NCBI GenBank assembly: GCA_964016885.1
Contig: OZ024743.1
Span: 51,398,001 to 51,462,000 of the forward strand
Source of the DNA: Eledone cirrhosa
Taxonomy: Eukaryota
Length of the DNA stretch: 64,000 nucleotides
Direction: 5' to 3'
Of the stretch, positions 41,701-53,535 are shown one piece after another; position 1 is the first letter of the stretch, and each line of letters starts with the position of its first letter. The notes below the pieces were generated by a model. That model was not told the origin of the DNA. It searched no databases and was given only the letters and a program-made list of their open reading frames with translations. Position numbers and translations under genes: made by a program.

Positions 41701-41932
41701 AATTCTTACTATCTTAATCCCCAGGTTGGACGGTTCTACATAGACCAAGTCAGTACAGAAGCAGTGGCTAATGGTCTCCGAGACAAGCCTTGGATCTGTT
41801 GTCTCACTTATGTATGGTCTCACGTTCTACCAAGTGTACAGGGGAGGTTGTTATATTTATATATATAAACTAATGTCATGGGTGAAGCTTGAATTTTTGA
41901 ACTTACAAAGAACTGAGGAGATAAATATATTA

Positions 41933-42144
41933 TAGGGTGCTCCAGTGCAGGAAATAACTGCAATTACAGTCAGTTGCTATAAAATAGCTTATAAAAATCA
42001 GATAAAGACCCTTAAAGACAGAAAAATGTTGCCATTGGAATTCTTCTGGCAACATTTTTCCAACTCTAAGGGTTTTTGCCCAATTTTTATAAGCTATTTT
42101 ATAGCAACTGGCTGTAATAGTATTGTCTGTACTTGAGTACCCTA
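41933..42144. mobile_element. MITE-like palindromic element, ~212 bp
   Basis: TAGGGTGCTCCAGTGCAG...CTGTACTTGAGTACCCTA termini with possible TA TSD. Internal arms cagttgctataaaatagcttataaaaat / atttttataagctattttatagcaactg. Confidence 0.75.
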
Positions 42145-42724
42145 CTTCATATAAATATATATAAGAAAATTTTGAAGCAAAAAACACGTTTTTCTTTTAA
42201 TACTTGTGCGTTTTTTAGCTGTAAAATTAGTCATTTTCTTGACATCGTTACCAACACAAGTTAATTTATTTGAATCTTCTTGTGAAGGCTGTGAAAAGGA
42301 TGATTGTCTTAATGTACAAATTAACCATTTTAATTATGGTGATTGGTATTTTTTCTTTGTCATCCAAAACTGCAGTCTAAGCAATTATGATTTTATGATT
42401 GAATTTACCAATTATAATCTAAGTAGAATTGCGTTTGCAATTAAATGTATTTTTTCTTAGTATGCTTTGTTTTACTACACTATATATATTATTATGCCTA
42501 AATAATATTTTTATAAATGAAGCTCTGAATATTTGGATTATGTTCATGGAGCTATTTATGGTTGAGATAATTTATTTTGATCTATATTTTGTGATATAAA
42601 TAAATATATACATTAAAAACGTATTTTAAATATAAATTTACAATGTAAATAAAAATTAAATCTCACTCTACCATCATAAGAGCATGGATGAATACATTGG
42701 GTAAAAAGACAAGATAGAATGTCT

Positions 42725-42985
42725 TTCATCATAGTTCTTTTCAAACAGGCCTGACCTGGGGCTAAACAAAAACAAGCTGCTTTGGATTATAATTCTGCTG
42801 GAGCAGGCCTAACCTAGGGTTAAATAACAGATAGCTGCCTTTGATCATAGTTCTGCTGGAGTAGGCCTGACCTGGGGTTAAATAACTGATAGCTGCCTTT
42901 GATCATAGTTCTGTTGGAGTAGGCCTGACCTAGGGTTAAATAACAGATAGCTGCTTTTGATCATAGTTCTGTTGGAGCAGGCTCT
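42725..42985. repeat. ~58-bp tandem repeat (~4.5 copies)
   Basis: Unit tttgatcatagttctgctggagtaggcctgacctggggttaaataacagatagctgcc. Confidence 0.9.
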
Positions 42986-43012
42986 CCAATGCTTGTTATC
43001 AACTTTTTTTTC

Positions 43013-43085
43013 CAGGATTAGGGTTAGAGTTGGATTTAGGGGTATGGTTAGGGTTAGTTTTGGGGTCAGGTTAAAGGTTAGTTTT
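43013..43085 (+). repeat. Degenerate (TTAGGG)n-like tract
   Basis: ggattagggttagagttggatttaggggtatggttagggttag... Confidence 0.6.
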
Positions 43086-43542
43086 ATGGTGAAGGTTTTC
43101 GTTTTCCAGAGAAAATGTCAACTGCAAACATCTAAGAGTTGCAGAAAAAAAACAAGGTAAGATAATTATTTCCCATCAAACGTGTAGATCTGCGAAACTC
43201 CGATGGTCTTTTCGCACTCTTTCACCCTACTTTTTTCTAGAAATCTAGTCATTTCCAACGGGTTTAGAGGTCCTACTCTTTGATAACATGCGGCAAAAAG
43301 GTGTAGGGGAAACTTCCTCCGTTCTTTGATTGCCAGAATCTTGAAGGTTAGATTAGTTGATAGCAAAAGAAAATGCGCTCCATCATTCACTTTTCTAAAA
43401 AATAAATCATACACAGAACGCCAGCACCAACAGTTTTGCAAGAGATGCCAACATGAATGGACCTGTTATTTTTATCTAAAGACATTTTTTCCCATTCCAA
43501 CCCGTTCGTCCCCTCAATCTATCTTATTTCTCATTCTTTCTC

Positions 43543-43571
43543 CTGATGAAGGATTAGCGTCCGAAACGTTA
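43543..43571 (+). ncRNA. Minimal hammerhead ribozyme motif of Penelope-like-element type
   Basis: CTGATGA-a-GGA-ttagcg-TCC-GAAACGTT. Core boxes, 3-bp stem II, and a palindromic AACGTT stem III typical of dimer-cleaving minimal hammerheads. Stem I is weak. Confidence 0.65.
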
Positions 43572-43659
43572 AGACCCTCTTCCTGCTATATCAAGCGTTA
43601 ACCTAATATATTCCTTCCATATACTGTACCGATTGTGTTGTTATTTCTGTTTACCTTTT

Positions 43660-43673
<14 letters not shown>

Positions 43674-43740
<67 letters not shown>
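43674..43740. repeat. (TA)n microsatellite (one of many in 38-62 kb)
   Basis: About 33 uninterrupted TA units. Confidence 0.98.
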
Positions 43741-43741
<1 letters not shown>

Positions 43742-43743
<2 letters not shown>

Positions 43744-43843
43744 GATATATTAACAAATGGAAACTATATTTATAAAACCATATTTATGTATAATGAAATA
43801 AATATGGTTTTATAAATATAGTTTCCATTTGTTAATATATCGT
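43742..43843. repeat. Perfect inverted repeat, ~46-bp arms
   Basis: acgatatattaacaaatggaaactatatttataaaaccatatttat-10 nt-ataaatatggttttataaatatagtttccatttgttaatatatcgt. A single related arm occurs at ~61528-61575. Confidence 0.95.
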
Positions 43844-44315
43844 ATTTTTACTCCAATAATTTGTTGAGTGCTTTATATCAGTTGTAAAAATATTTGCTTG
43901 TTGTATCCCAATAAATTAAATATAACTTCTACATATATATATATATATATTTAAATGAAAATAATGTTCTACCCCTCTCTCGCTCTTTCTATATATATAT
44001 ATATAGAAAGAGAGAGGGGTAGAACACTGGAAGGTAATATCCGTAGTGGTAGAGCACTCAGTCCATGGGATGAGTTTGGTATCGCCGTAGTAACATTTAA
44101 TTTCTACTTTTAATGAGTTCGGACTTATGATAACGGTAGCTACCAACCTCTCTAGCGTAGATTTCTCAGACATAAATTTAGACCTTCGCACACATACCTT
44201 CAGACCCTTCAATAAACTAAACGAAAAACTTAATTACATACACAAGGACTCATGCCACCCTCCTACTGTTTTTAGAAACTCGGTATGGTGAACTAACTGT
44301 TGTGTTACTACTTCT

Positions 44316-44433
44316 ATAGGAAAATGTTTAACCTCCGACGGCAGAGCTCAAGCCGTTTCGACGGCTATTCTGAGTCCAGAAATAGCTGTCGAAACGGCTT
44401 GAGCTCTGCCGTCGGGGTTAAATATTTTCCTAT
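44316..44433. repeat. GC-rich near-perfect palindrome, ~55-bp arms
   Basis: ccgacggcagagctcaagccgtttcgacggctatt / aatagctgtcgaaacggcttgagctctgccgtcgg. Confidence 0.95.
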
Positions 44434-44539
44434 TACCCACTCTACTACCCTAAGTATTGAGTACTCTGGTGCGTTATGGTCAATCTGGTTCCTTACCACA
44501 CTTCCTTCGTTATATATATATATATATATACAACGGACA

Positions 44540-44661
44540 TTAATATAGAAATGGCTTCTACAGGACTAGAACTGTTTCATTCGTATGAAACCATTAGCAA
44601 TACCTGATGATTTTATACGAATGAAACAGTTCTAGTCCTGTAGAAGCCATTTATATATTAA
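44540..44661. repeat. Palindrome with hammerhead core boxes at its centre
   Basis: aaatggcttctacaggactagaactgtttcattcgtat / atacgaatgaaacagttctagtcctgtagaagccattt. CTGATGA at 44604-44610 and GAAAC at 44623-44627. Confidence 0.9.
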
Positions 44662-45429
44662 ATTTTTGTTGTTCTTACTCTACTTATGTATTTACTGTGG
44701 TTATCTCGATTTCACTCGGGATCAACACACACACATATATATATATAATCATCATATCTCAACTCAGCCGATCTTCTGATCAAACCAAAGAAACACTCAT
44801 GCCAGGTGTCCAGTTCCGCCATTACAGTGTGTATGTCCGTTGTCAATAAAGTTAGTGATTTGTATCCTATGGCTAACCCGTCCATGTTTTGGCTACTATA
44901 AGCACTGGATTCGAGGTTATTTCTTTAGGATGTCTCACACAGCGACCGCAATCTTCGTAATATATAATATTGTTTTGTTTTGACAAGGTGTAAAGACCCA
45001 GTATATTCGTAGAGAGAGAGAGAGAGACTATGGGAAGTGGTGATATTCATGCCAGCCTCAATATTATCAGAAACGTAAAATGTATTGATTGACTTTAATA
45101 TAGGTTAGAAACCGTTTCGCAGTTTCCACTTTGCATGAGCTAGAAACGGGCTGAATCATATAAACTGTCCAGGGCATCCGTTATATATCCTCTTCGTTCA
45201 GTATCAATTAATATGTATTTCAGCTGGGGTTTTTTCTTTCTTTACCAATTTCAGCTGCCGACCGGCCATTGCCCAAAGACACGTTATGGTGACATCTTAC
45301 CTCTTGCAATACATCGATTCCCAGCATAAACACGTGTACAATATAAAAAGAGTGGATCAAATTATAATAGAGAAAATAACAGATTATTCGTATTATTAAG
45401 TAATAGTCTAAGCTCTAAAAAAAGATTAC

Positions 45430-45508
45430 CTCCAGTAAAAACTTTTTGTACATGTTGTTTGGCAGAAATAACCAGCGGACCGTTTTGAATCACTTCGTTG
45501 TCAGCCAT
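45430..45508 (-). CDS. DPH1: DPH1 coding exon 1 (MADNEVIQNGPLVISAKQHVQKVFTG+G)
   Basis: ATG at 45508 in aaaaATGG context, 79 nt, G|GTAATC donor. The phase-1 end matches exon 2. The N-terminus is poorly conserved, so the assignment rests on phase and position. Confidence 0.75.
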
Positions 45509-45624
45509 TTTTAAACACGAGGCTTCGAGTTAGTGGGTTAGAGTGATCTCCCCTGGACTGTTGTCGTTTGTTTATTTGGTTAACTTTGATAAAATAGACT
45601 TCTCGGCAGAGATGATCTGCCAGA

Positions 45625-48560
45625 GAACGGGTCGCAGGTGGCGGATAGCGATACTGTCACCAGGTATGATGGTAAGTTGTGATATAATTGGACACTTGCC
45701 TGACGAATAAGTAACTCCGGACCAGCAGCGGTAAACTACTAGGGGAGATAGAGCAAGGGTAACACCTTTTAGCTCCGAAGAAAGTTCTCACAACCCAGTG
45801 ATGTAGCTACAAGGCAAGTAAAGGCCACTCTAAAAATGTCTAGTCTTCGCGGGTCTGAGAAAAGTACCAGACTGGTGACTGGTGCGAGTAAGACTACCAG
45901 AAACACTGCAATATGGTTAATGGCAACAAAAAGAATCATACCGTATCGTCCTTCACACAGGTTAACAAAGGTCGTGTTCAGGCCTTAGGTAGAAGAGCCT
46001 ATTAAAACAAATATATTACATTCTACATCTAATACTTCAAAAGCTGGCAATATACACAAAGATGGCGTATCCCAAGGCCCCAGTGCGTGTTTGGAAGGGA
46101 GAAAACCAGGACCATTTGGGATCTGGAGCACTGCAACCCTTACAGGTAAGAAGCAGGAACTAGTGGGGGGGGGGGGCAGATGTTATCTGCTAGATATAGT
46201 CAGGGTTTTCTCAAGAATCTGTAGATTTGGATGTTGTGCCAGCTATCAGTACACAGGAATAGAGATATCCACAAGCTGTCAGAATGTGTTATAAACAGGA
46301 TCTCATTCAGAGGGAGGATATGCTTCATGAAGTTTAGGCTGAAAGATAGCTTTCTGTGGGTGGTGCAAGTTTATGCACCAAACAAGGGATCTGAATAAAG
46401 ATCTTCCCTTGATGAAGTCACTGCAGTATTAGATGTAGTTAAGATGGAGTTGAATACAAATAGAGAGGCCTTATTAGTTTTCTGTTCTAGTAATGGGCCC
46501 TCTATTATGAACACCTTCTTATACACATGGTATAAGGGGAATCAGGGACAGAAATGAATAATTGATTTTGTTATTATATTTGATTTCTTCGATTTTGTGC
46601 TGGATGTTCATGGTAAGAGAGGGGCAGAGCTGTCAACTGATCACCATCTAGTTATTTGCAGCTTGAGACTTCCTAAAGCCAAGGAAGCCACTGGCAGACC
46701 CAAGTCGACCTACAGGATAAAGTGGGAAGTGTTAGGGGATAAGGAAGTCAGGACCAGGTATGCAGGTACTATTGCATCCAAATTCAGAAAACTCCCTGGG
46801 TAAATTGAGGATGTTGAAACAGAGTGGAAACTGTTTAGCTCAGCAGTTTCTGCTTCGGCTATTATATGCTGTTAGCAAAAGTGGCTTGGTGTGGCACTGG
46901 GTGGAAGGAGGACCTCATTGTTCAATCAAGAGGTCAAAGAAGGAGGCCTACAAAGCTTGACTTGGAAAAAGTCCTTCTTGCACTTGTGGTCCAAGCAGAC
47001 ATGAAAAGTCACAGCAGAGACAATAAAGGCATCCAAAGTAAAGACATGGAAGGATTTGGGGTTAAGCTGGAATCTGACTTCAGATCATCAAATAAAGGAG
47101 ACCATTTGCCACCTTTGTAATAAGAAATCCTCCTCCACACCTGCTATCAGGAACACATCTAGGGTTCTCCTCTCATTAGAGAGGTGCGGCCTTGTAAGGT
47201 GGAGAGAATATTTTTTTTATCTCCTAAAGCCAGTTGTAACAGTATCCTCTGATGTACATGGGGTGCATCTGGGAATGTTAACTACTCTCTTGGAGGCTGA
47301 AGTCACAAGAGCAATTAAAGACTTCAAATGTGGCAAGGTCGCTAGGGAGGATGAAATTTGGTCTGAGATGTTAAAAGCCTTAAATAAAGAAAGTATTCTC
47401 TGGCTAATTCATGTGTGTTGGGTGACCTGGATCTCTGGAAAAGCACCTAAGCAATTGCAATAGGGAGTGATAATCCCAATTTTCAGAAAGGGTGACAAGA
47501 GAGACTGCTCTAATTATAGAAGGGTCTCCTTGTTAAGCACCTCTCTGCACCTGGTAAAGTCTATGCTTGGTGTTTGGCAAGGAGATGTAAGGGAATTATC
47601 AATTCTAAGCTAGCTGATGAACACAGTGGTTTTTACCTTGGACACAGCACAGTCAACCAAATATTCACATTGTGGCAGATCTTTGAAAAATCAAGGGAGT
47701 ATTACCAAGAGGTGTATGCTTGCTTCATTGACCTTGAAAAAAATGCATATGACCACATTCCAAAAAATGCATATGACCACAGAAAATACTGTGAAAGGTT
47801 CTGCAGGAGTATGGGATTGATGGACAGCTTCTTGTTACCTTGATGTCACTATATGAATACCCAAGTATTTGTGTTTGGATAAATGGTGCTAAATCGAAAC
47901 CATTCAATGTGGGAATCAGACTCCGCCAAGGGTGTGTACTGTCACCTCTCCTGTTCACAATCTTCATGAACAGGATTGACATGTGAAGCCAGGCAAGAAG
48001 TGGTATCAAAACTGGTAGGTGTAGGATCAGTCAGCTGGAATTTGCAGACAACGTGGTATTACTTAACTTATCAGAAGGTAATTTCCAACATGCTCTTGAT
48101 ATGTTTGATGTCGAGTGCTGCATGGCAGGAATGAAACTAAGTGCGGTGAAGACTGAGACACTTGTCCTCTCAAGGAAGCATGTACAGTGCACTCTACATG
48201 TGAATGGAGTTTCACTGAAGCAGGTGGGAAAGTTCAAGTATGTCAGGGCCATGTCCACAACTAATGAAATGCAGGAGGCTGAATTAAGTGCAAGAATTGC
48301 AAGAGCTGGTGCAGTAATGAACCAGCTTTGACATTTGGTAATCAGAAGAGTGGTAGGTGTAAAAGCCAAACTCGCTATCTTCAATTCGTTATTCCTGCCA
48401 ACCCTGGTCTTGAATCTTAGTTAACAACTGAAAGAATATGATCGCGAATACAAGCAGCTGAAATGGGGTTCCTCGGAAGGGTCTTTGGAGTAATGTTACT
48501 CAATAAAGTGCAGAGCTCAGAGATCAGAGTCACTCCAGATAGAGAAGAAGAATTTTGATG
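45625..48560 (+). mobile_element. Near full-length, decayed RTE-clade LINE
   Basis: APE endonuclease remnants (GIWSTATLTGKKQELV, LDIV, GAELSTDHHLV), RT remnants (CFIDLEK, LRQGCVLSPLLF, FADN), C-terminal RIQAAEMGFL. Many stops and frameshifts. The 5' part resembles RTE 5' UTRs from memory. Confidence 0.85.
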
Positions 48561-48924
48561 AAATAGACTTTTATGCTCAGATCGAACACATTGTTGGAAA
48601 AACAAACAAACAATAAATAAACAAATAGATAAATAGATACATATATAAATGAAGATGGGGTTGGAGGGCATTTCCTGTGAGTTTGTAGAAGATGAATTGT
48701 TGATGGTGGATCTTTACTGTGGACTTGTTATTCAACAGCTCAGCAAAAAAGGAATTTTTGGTGAGGCAGGTAACAAGATCTGAACTTTAGGAGTATGTCG
48801 CTCTTCCTTACGTTTGTCAATGTTTGTCATCCAATAAATAACAGTTCAACAAATCACTGTTTGTTGTTATTTTATGTATAGTTTCATTAAAGCTAAGAAC
48901 AAACAAAACATGTAATTATGACAA

Positions 48925-49520
48925 ATGAAAATGCCATCGCTCTTAAGCTCTGACAATTCTGGCCAAACCAAGCTGAGGTATGGTTCGTACAAGATGTTTT
49001 GGAACAATGCATCAATAATCTGTGGCAACCTCTAGCTTTCTTCAGTCGACAACCCCCTAAACAGAAATATAATGTTTTTGACAGGGAACTGTTAGCTTCT
49101 CATGTAGGAGTCTGATAATTTCCCTATTTTGGGGAAGGTCGAACCTTCACAATGTTGACAGACCACAAACCACTCACCTTTGCTATAATCAGGTGAGCCA
49201 TGTTCTACATTTCAGCAGCAACAGTTATCAACCATTTCTGAGTACACTATGGACATTCAGCACATAGCTGGGAAAAGCAACCCAGTTGCTGATGCACTTT
49301 TTACAGCCCCTATTGTCTCTAACACATACATAGCCTCGATAATGGAGGGTTTTGACTATGAGGCTGTGGCCATAGCTCAACAAACAGATGATGTCATCAA
49401 CACCTACTACATTTGGGCTCCAGCAGAACGACCCTCATTTGCAATGTATCCACTAGGAATCCATGACCTTTAGCCTGGCACCGAAAAGTTTTTACATCAT
49501 TCATGGACTCTCCCACCCGG
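48925..49520 (+). mobile_element. Internally deleted Ty3/Gypsy LTR retrotransposon remnant
   Basis: gag-like AIALKL*QFWPNQAEVWFVQ joined to RNase H motifs WQPLAFFSR, FDRELLA, TDHKPL, DIQHIAGKSNPVADAL. Confidence 0.8.
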
Positions 49521-50084
49521 ATACCAGAGCCCTCACATTCCACTTCTAAGACACCCCCTCTCCAATCAACCCATGTATACAAGCAAGGAAAGATGAACAC
49601 ACACTCCTACAATGCTGCTGAAACGGCTAGAAGCACTCAGCCCATCCCATAAGGTAGCCATACTGGTGACACAACAAAAGCCTCTAGTCTACCATTTAAA
49701 GTGCTCATATTGGTGCCATGACAAAAGAGCACCTAGCCCACACTTTAAAGTTGTTGTTTTGATGCCACAACAAAAGCATCCAGTCCACACTGTAGAGTGG
49801 TTGGCGTTAGGAAGGGCATCCAGCCATAGAATCCAAGACATGGTCATCTGATCTGACTTGTCTCACAACAGGACAACACGTCTAACCCATGCTTATTTGG
49901 AAAAATGGATGTTAAACAATGATGATGATTAAAAAAGAAAAGAAAAGGCAGTTAACTTCCATTTTAAACACATTTCTTTGTTTTTGTTATATTTATAGGC
50001 TGTGACATTTCTATATATCTTGATATTTGGAGTTAAATACTGACTCCTCCTATATGTCAAATCTTCATATTCTGAAGAGGACTA

Positions 50085-51310
50085 ATAATAATAATAATAA
50101 TAATAATGATTTCTTTATTGGCCACAAGGGCTGACATAAAAAAAACATTACAGATGGCACAGGACGGTACGATGTGGGCTTTGTGCATGTAAATATTTTT
50201 ATAATAATAATAATGCTTTCTTTATTAACCACAAGGGTTGACACAAAGTATAACATTAAGGACATCACAGGACGGTACAAATGGGCATTTCTGAGTGTAA
50301 AACACAAAAACAGAGTATGTGACAAAAAAGAAACAATGACAAATTCCCCAATAGGGGGGAAACTTCCGAGGGTTGCTCGTGGAGAAAGCCCACAAAAAAG
50401 CCACAGTTAGGGCAAGTGCCCTCTTCCAGCTTTTCTCCTATGATCCTACAGGCACACGCTCAGGGTAGGCTCATTCACACAGGCCATTCTTGCCTCTCTC
50501 ACCCACCTTTCAACAAACTGGCTGGACGGCAGCACTTCCCTCTCCACTCTGATTTTCCTTTTCAGGTGAAACCTGAAAAAGTTAATGAGGGTGTCACAAT
50601 AATATTGTTTTCTTTATTGACCACCAGGGCTAACCACAGAAGACAATACTAAGATGGGGAGAGTGGGGGTTTACATGCAATCGAGTAAAGAAAAATTATC
50701 AAAACAATTAAATAAAAAAAAATATGAACAACAGAATTTCCCAATGGGGAGGATACCCCCCAGGGGTGATGTTAGGAACCCCACAAATCCCAACCCACCC
50801 TCATCTCTAAGAGCACCCTAGGAGGATGCTCCTCTCTCCCTCCATCTTACCAGCTTACATGCCCATGTTCAGAGTGGATCCATTCACACGGGCCATCCTC
50901 GCAACAATCACCCACCTTTTAAAAAATGTTCTGGGTGGCAGCACTTCTCTCTCCACCCTTATCTTCCTTTCCAAGTGGAACTTGAAAAAGTTGACAAGGG
51001 TTTGACTGAAGAGGAAAGTGTCTGTCTTTAGACCTTTCAGTCACACAATCTCTTTCGCTACAGCTATCAGACAGAGGAAAACTGCCTGCTCTTCCCAGTT
51101 AAAAGAATCTTCACTATAAACTTGGTCGATAACCAGATCCGTCCCACATGCGACAATTATTGTTAGACATAACTCCATAAGTCAGCAATACACGGGCACT
51201 GGACGAGTATGTGCAAAACGGTTTCATCGCTCTGCGTGCATCTCAGTCAGACTGTCTGACAGCATTATCATGCCTATAGAATTTATCTTGAACTGGCAGT
51301 GGTCCCCGCT
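50085..51310 (-). mobile_element. Three tandem 3' ends of a Tx1/L1-like LINE
   Basis: Repeated AATAAAGAAA+(TTA)n tails at ~50085, ~50203 and ~50598. The minus-strand peptide LRCTQSDETVLHILVQCP at ~51190-51250 is a CCHC-knuckle remnant. Confidence 0.7.
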
Positions 51311-51324
51311 AGATAATAATAATA

Positions 51325-52070
51325 GTACTCAAGCATGAACGAATTAAGAAATTACACTCAATAACAAAAGAGGCAAGAAAATTTAGGTAAAAACTGAACA
51401 TGGAACCAGACATACCCATAGAAAAACAACAACAGAGTGCTGCACAGCTAGCTATGACTGTGAAGATCAAAGCAAAGAAACTCTAAACAGAGGAATTAAA
51501 CTGTATATGGAAGGCAAAATCACTACATGGTAGATTTGCAGAACTACTTTCTGACAATGATATCGATCAGCATAGCTCGCTATCCTAGCTCAGAAGTGTT
51601 GGTTTGAAAGCAGAGACCGAGGGACTCTTAGTTGCTGCACAAGACCAATCTCTAAACACTCGGGCCTATAGACACAGAATAGTGAAAGATGGGACTAACA
51701 CTCTATGCAGAATATACTACAAACATGAAGAAACGGTGGATCATGTTATCTCCGGGTGTTCAGAGCTGGCAAAAACTGACTATATCGAAAGACACAACCG
51801 CATTGCCAAATATGTGCACTGGATGCTCTGCCGCTCTCATGACATCCAAACTTCTAACAAATGATATGAACATCAACCAAAAACAGTCATGGAAAAGGGC
51901 AACATATCCATCTTGTGGGATATGCCTGTGATAACCAACCGAGAAACGGCTGCCAACAGACCAGATATCATAAAAAACAAAACAGATCGGACATGTAACC
52001 TTATAGATATTTCTGTACCAGTTGACAAGACTACATCTATAAAAACAATGGAAAAACTGTCATAATACAA
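51325..52070 (+). mobile_element. R4/Dong-like non-LTR retrotransposon fragment (zinc knuckle and RLE region)
   Basis: LKAETEGLLVAAQDQSLNTR...CR...ETVDHVISGC...YIERHN, ILWD, NRPDI, IDISVP. Preceded by (TAA)n. Confidence 0.85.
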
Positions 52071-52074
52071 AGAG

Positions 52075-53030
52075 GAAAATAGTTGTCTTCAACCCTTTCA
52101 AACGCATCCACTATCACAGAGTTTAAGATTTGGGCCAAGGCATTAGCAAAGAGCTTGGTGCTTGTTGTTGAGCATCTGGTAGAGGAGGTACAAACTTGTG
52201 CAATCCTGACCAGGTCCATACACGACAACCTCCACCTCATGCAATACATCATAGGGAGTAAACACAATTTCTCTAGGGCTATGATCAATTTAGATCAATC
52301 AAAAGCTTTTGATAGGGTTGACCATTGATACCTGGAGGCTGTCCTTAAGGCAGCTGGCTTTGGTCCAGTCCTCAGATGCTGGATCACTGCAATGCACAGC
52401 GGCATCTGCTCGGTGGTCAAAGTAAATGGCCAACTTTCAGAAACATTTCAGATCATGTGATCAGTCCGTCAAGGGTGCCCTCTCTCCTCCCTTCTGTACG
52501 TATTGACTTTTGAGCCATTACTGCAGAAGCTGGAGCTGTTGCAGGGAATTCTGGGAAGGGCTGTGTTGGTATATGCAGACAACATCACTGTGATGGTGTT
52601 AAACACCTTGGAAATCCACACCTTCTAAGAAGAATATAAAAGGTTGACAGAAGCAAAACTGATGTGGGTTTGCAGCTCAGCACCTGGAGAGGCAAATCCA
52701 TGCTGTTCCATAGTGTCGTCAAACACTAAATGGACAGGCCAGGGAAGTTGCTCAGGGTCTAGTTTGGACCAGACCTTTAGGTGGATAAAAACTGGGATGA
52801 AGTAATGAGCAGGGTGGCCATTCTTATCTTGAAATGGATCGAGAGGAAGCTATCCCTGAAAGGTTGGGCAGTGGTAGTGATTGGGTACATCACATCCGTC
52901 ATCTATTACCATCTAAACATCATGCATTGCCTGTGTGCACCTCACAAAATTGGAACATCTGCTCTTCAACTTTTTGTGGAAAGGACAAGTTCCATTGGTG
53001 AGGCAGCCCACTACACAGATGGCTGGGTGT
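52075..53030 (+). mobile_element. Tx1/L1-like LINE reverse transcriptase fragment
   Basis: RSIHDNL, LDQSKAFDRVDH, SVRQGCPLSPLLY-like, YADNITV, RKLSLKG motifs, disrupted. Confidence 0.85.
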
Positions 53031-53132
53031 ACTGTGACTGATGATGCGCAAACATGTGCTGAGGCTACATATACATACATGCATATGTATATATATATAT
53101 ATATATATACATATACATATGCACACACACAC

Positions 53133-53177
<45 letters not shown>

Positions 53178-53204
53178 GACATATATATATATGTACATAT
53201 CTAG

Positions 53205-53522
53205 ATATTTGTTTTGCGAGTTTTTGATATGAAATCATGTCAAAACAAATATTGTTATACTTGGGGAGGGTCATATTGTTGTAATACTATTGCCAGAAAT
53301 AATAACAGAACACACTCACTGTTTGGTTATATATATATATATTTATATCTGTATTTTTGACTGTTGGTCAGTCAATGATAAACATTGATGGCCAAATGAA
53401 TTAACTATGGAGATATAAAAGATGCAGAAGTGAAAAAGAAAACCAACCAAATAGTGAGTGTGTTCTGTTATTATTTCTGGCAATAGTATTACAACAATAT
53501 GACTCTCCCCAAGTATAACAAT
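53205..53522. repeat. Inverted pair of a dispersed repeat around a (TA)n tract
   Basis: tattgttatacttggggagggtcatattgttgtaatactattgccagaaataataacagaacacactcact is mirrored at 53453-53522. Confidence 0.9.
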
Positions 53523-53535
53523 ATATATATATATG

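Noticed and set aside
43013-43085. True telomere or fusion scar
   Set aside because: Short, highly degenerate, single orientation; more likely part of a dispersed repeat.
43166-43601. ORFs next to the hammerhead as Penelope RT or GIY-YIG
   Set aside because: No recognisable RT or GIY-YIG motifs in the given translations.
53037-53070. CTGATGA followed by a weak stem
   Set aside because: No GAAA box follows, so it is not a hammerhead.
52913-53274. YI/HT-rich ORFs (also 43633, 57515, 58736)
   Set aside because: Translations of (TA)n/(CA)n microsatellites.
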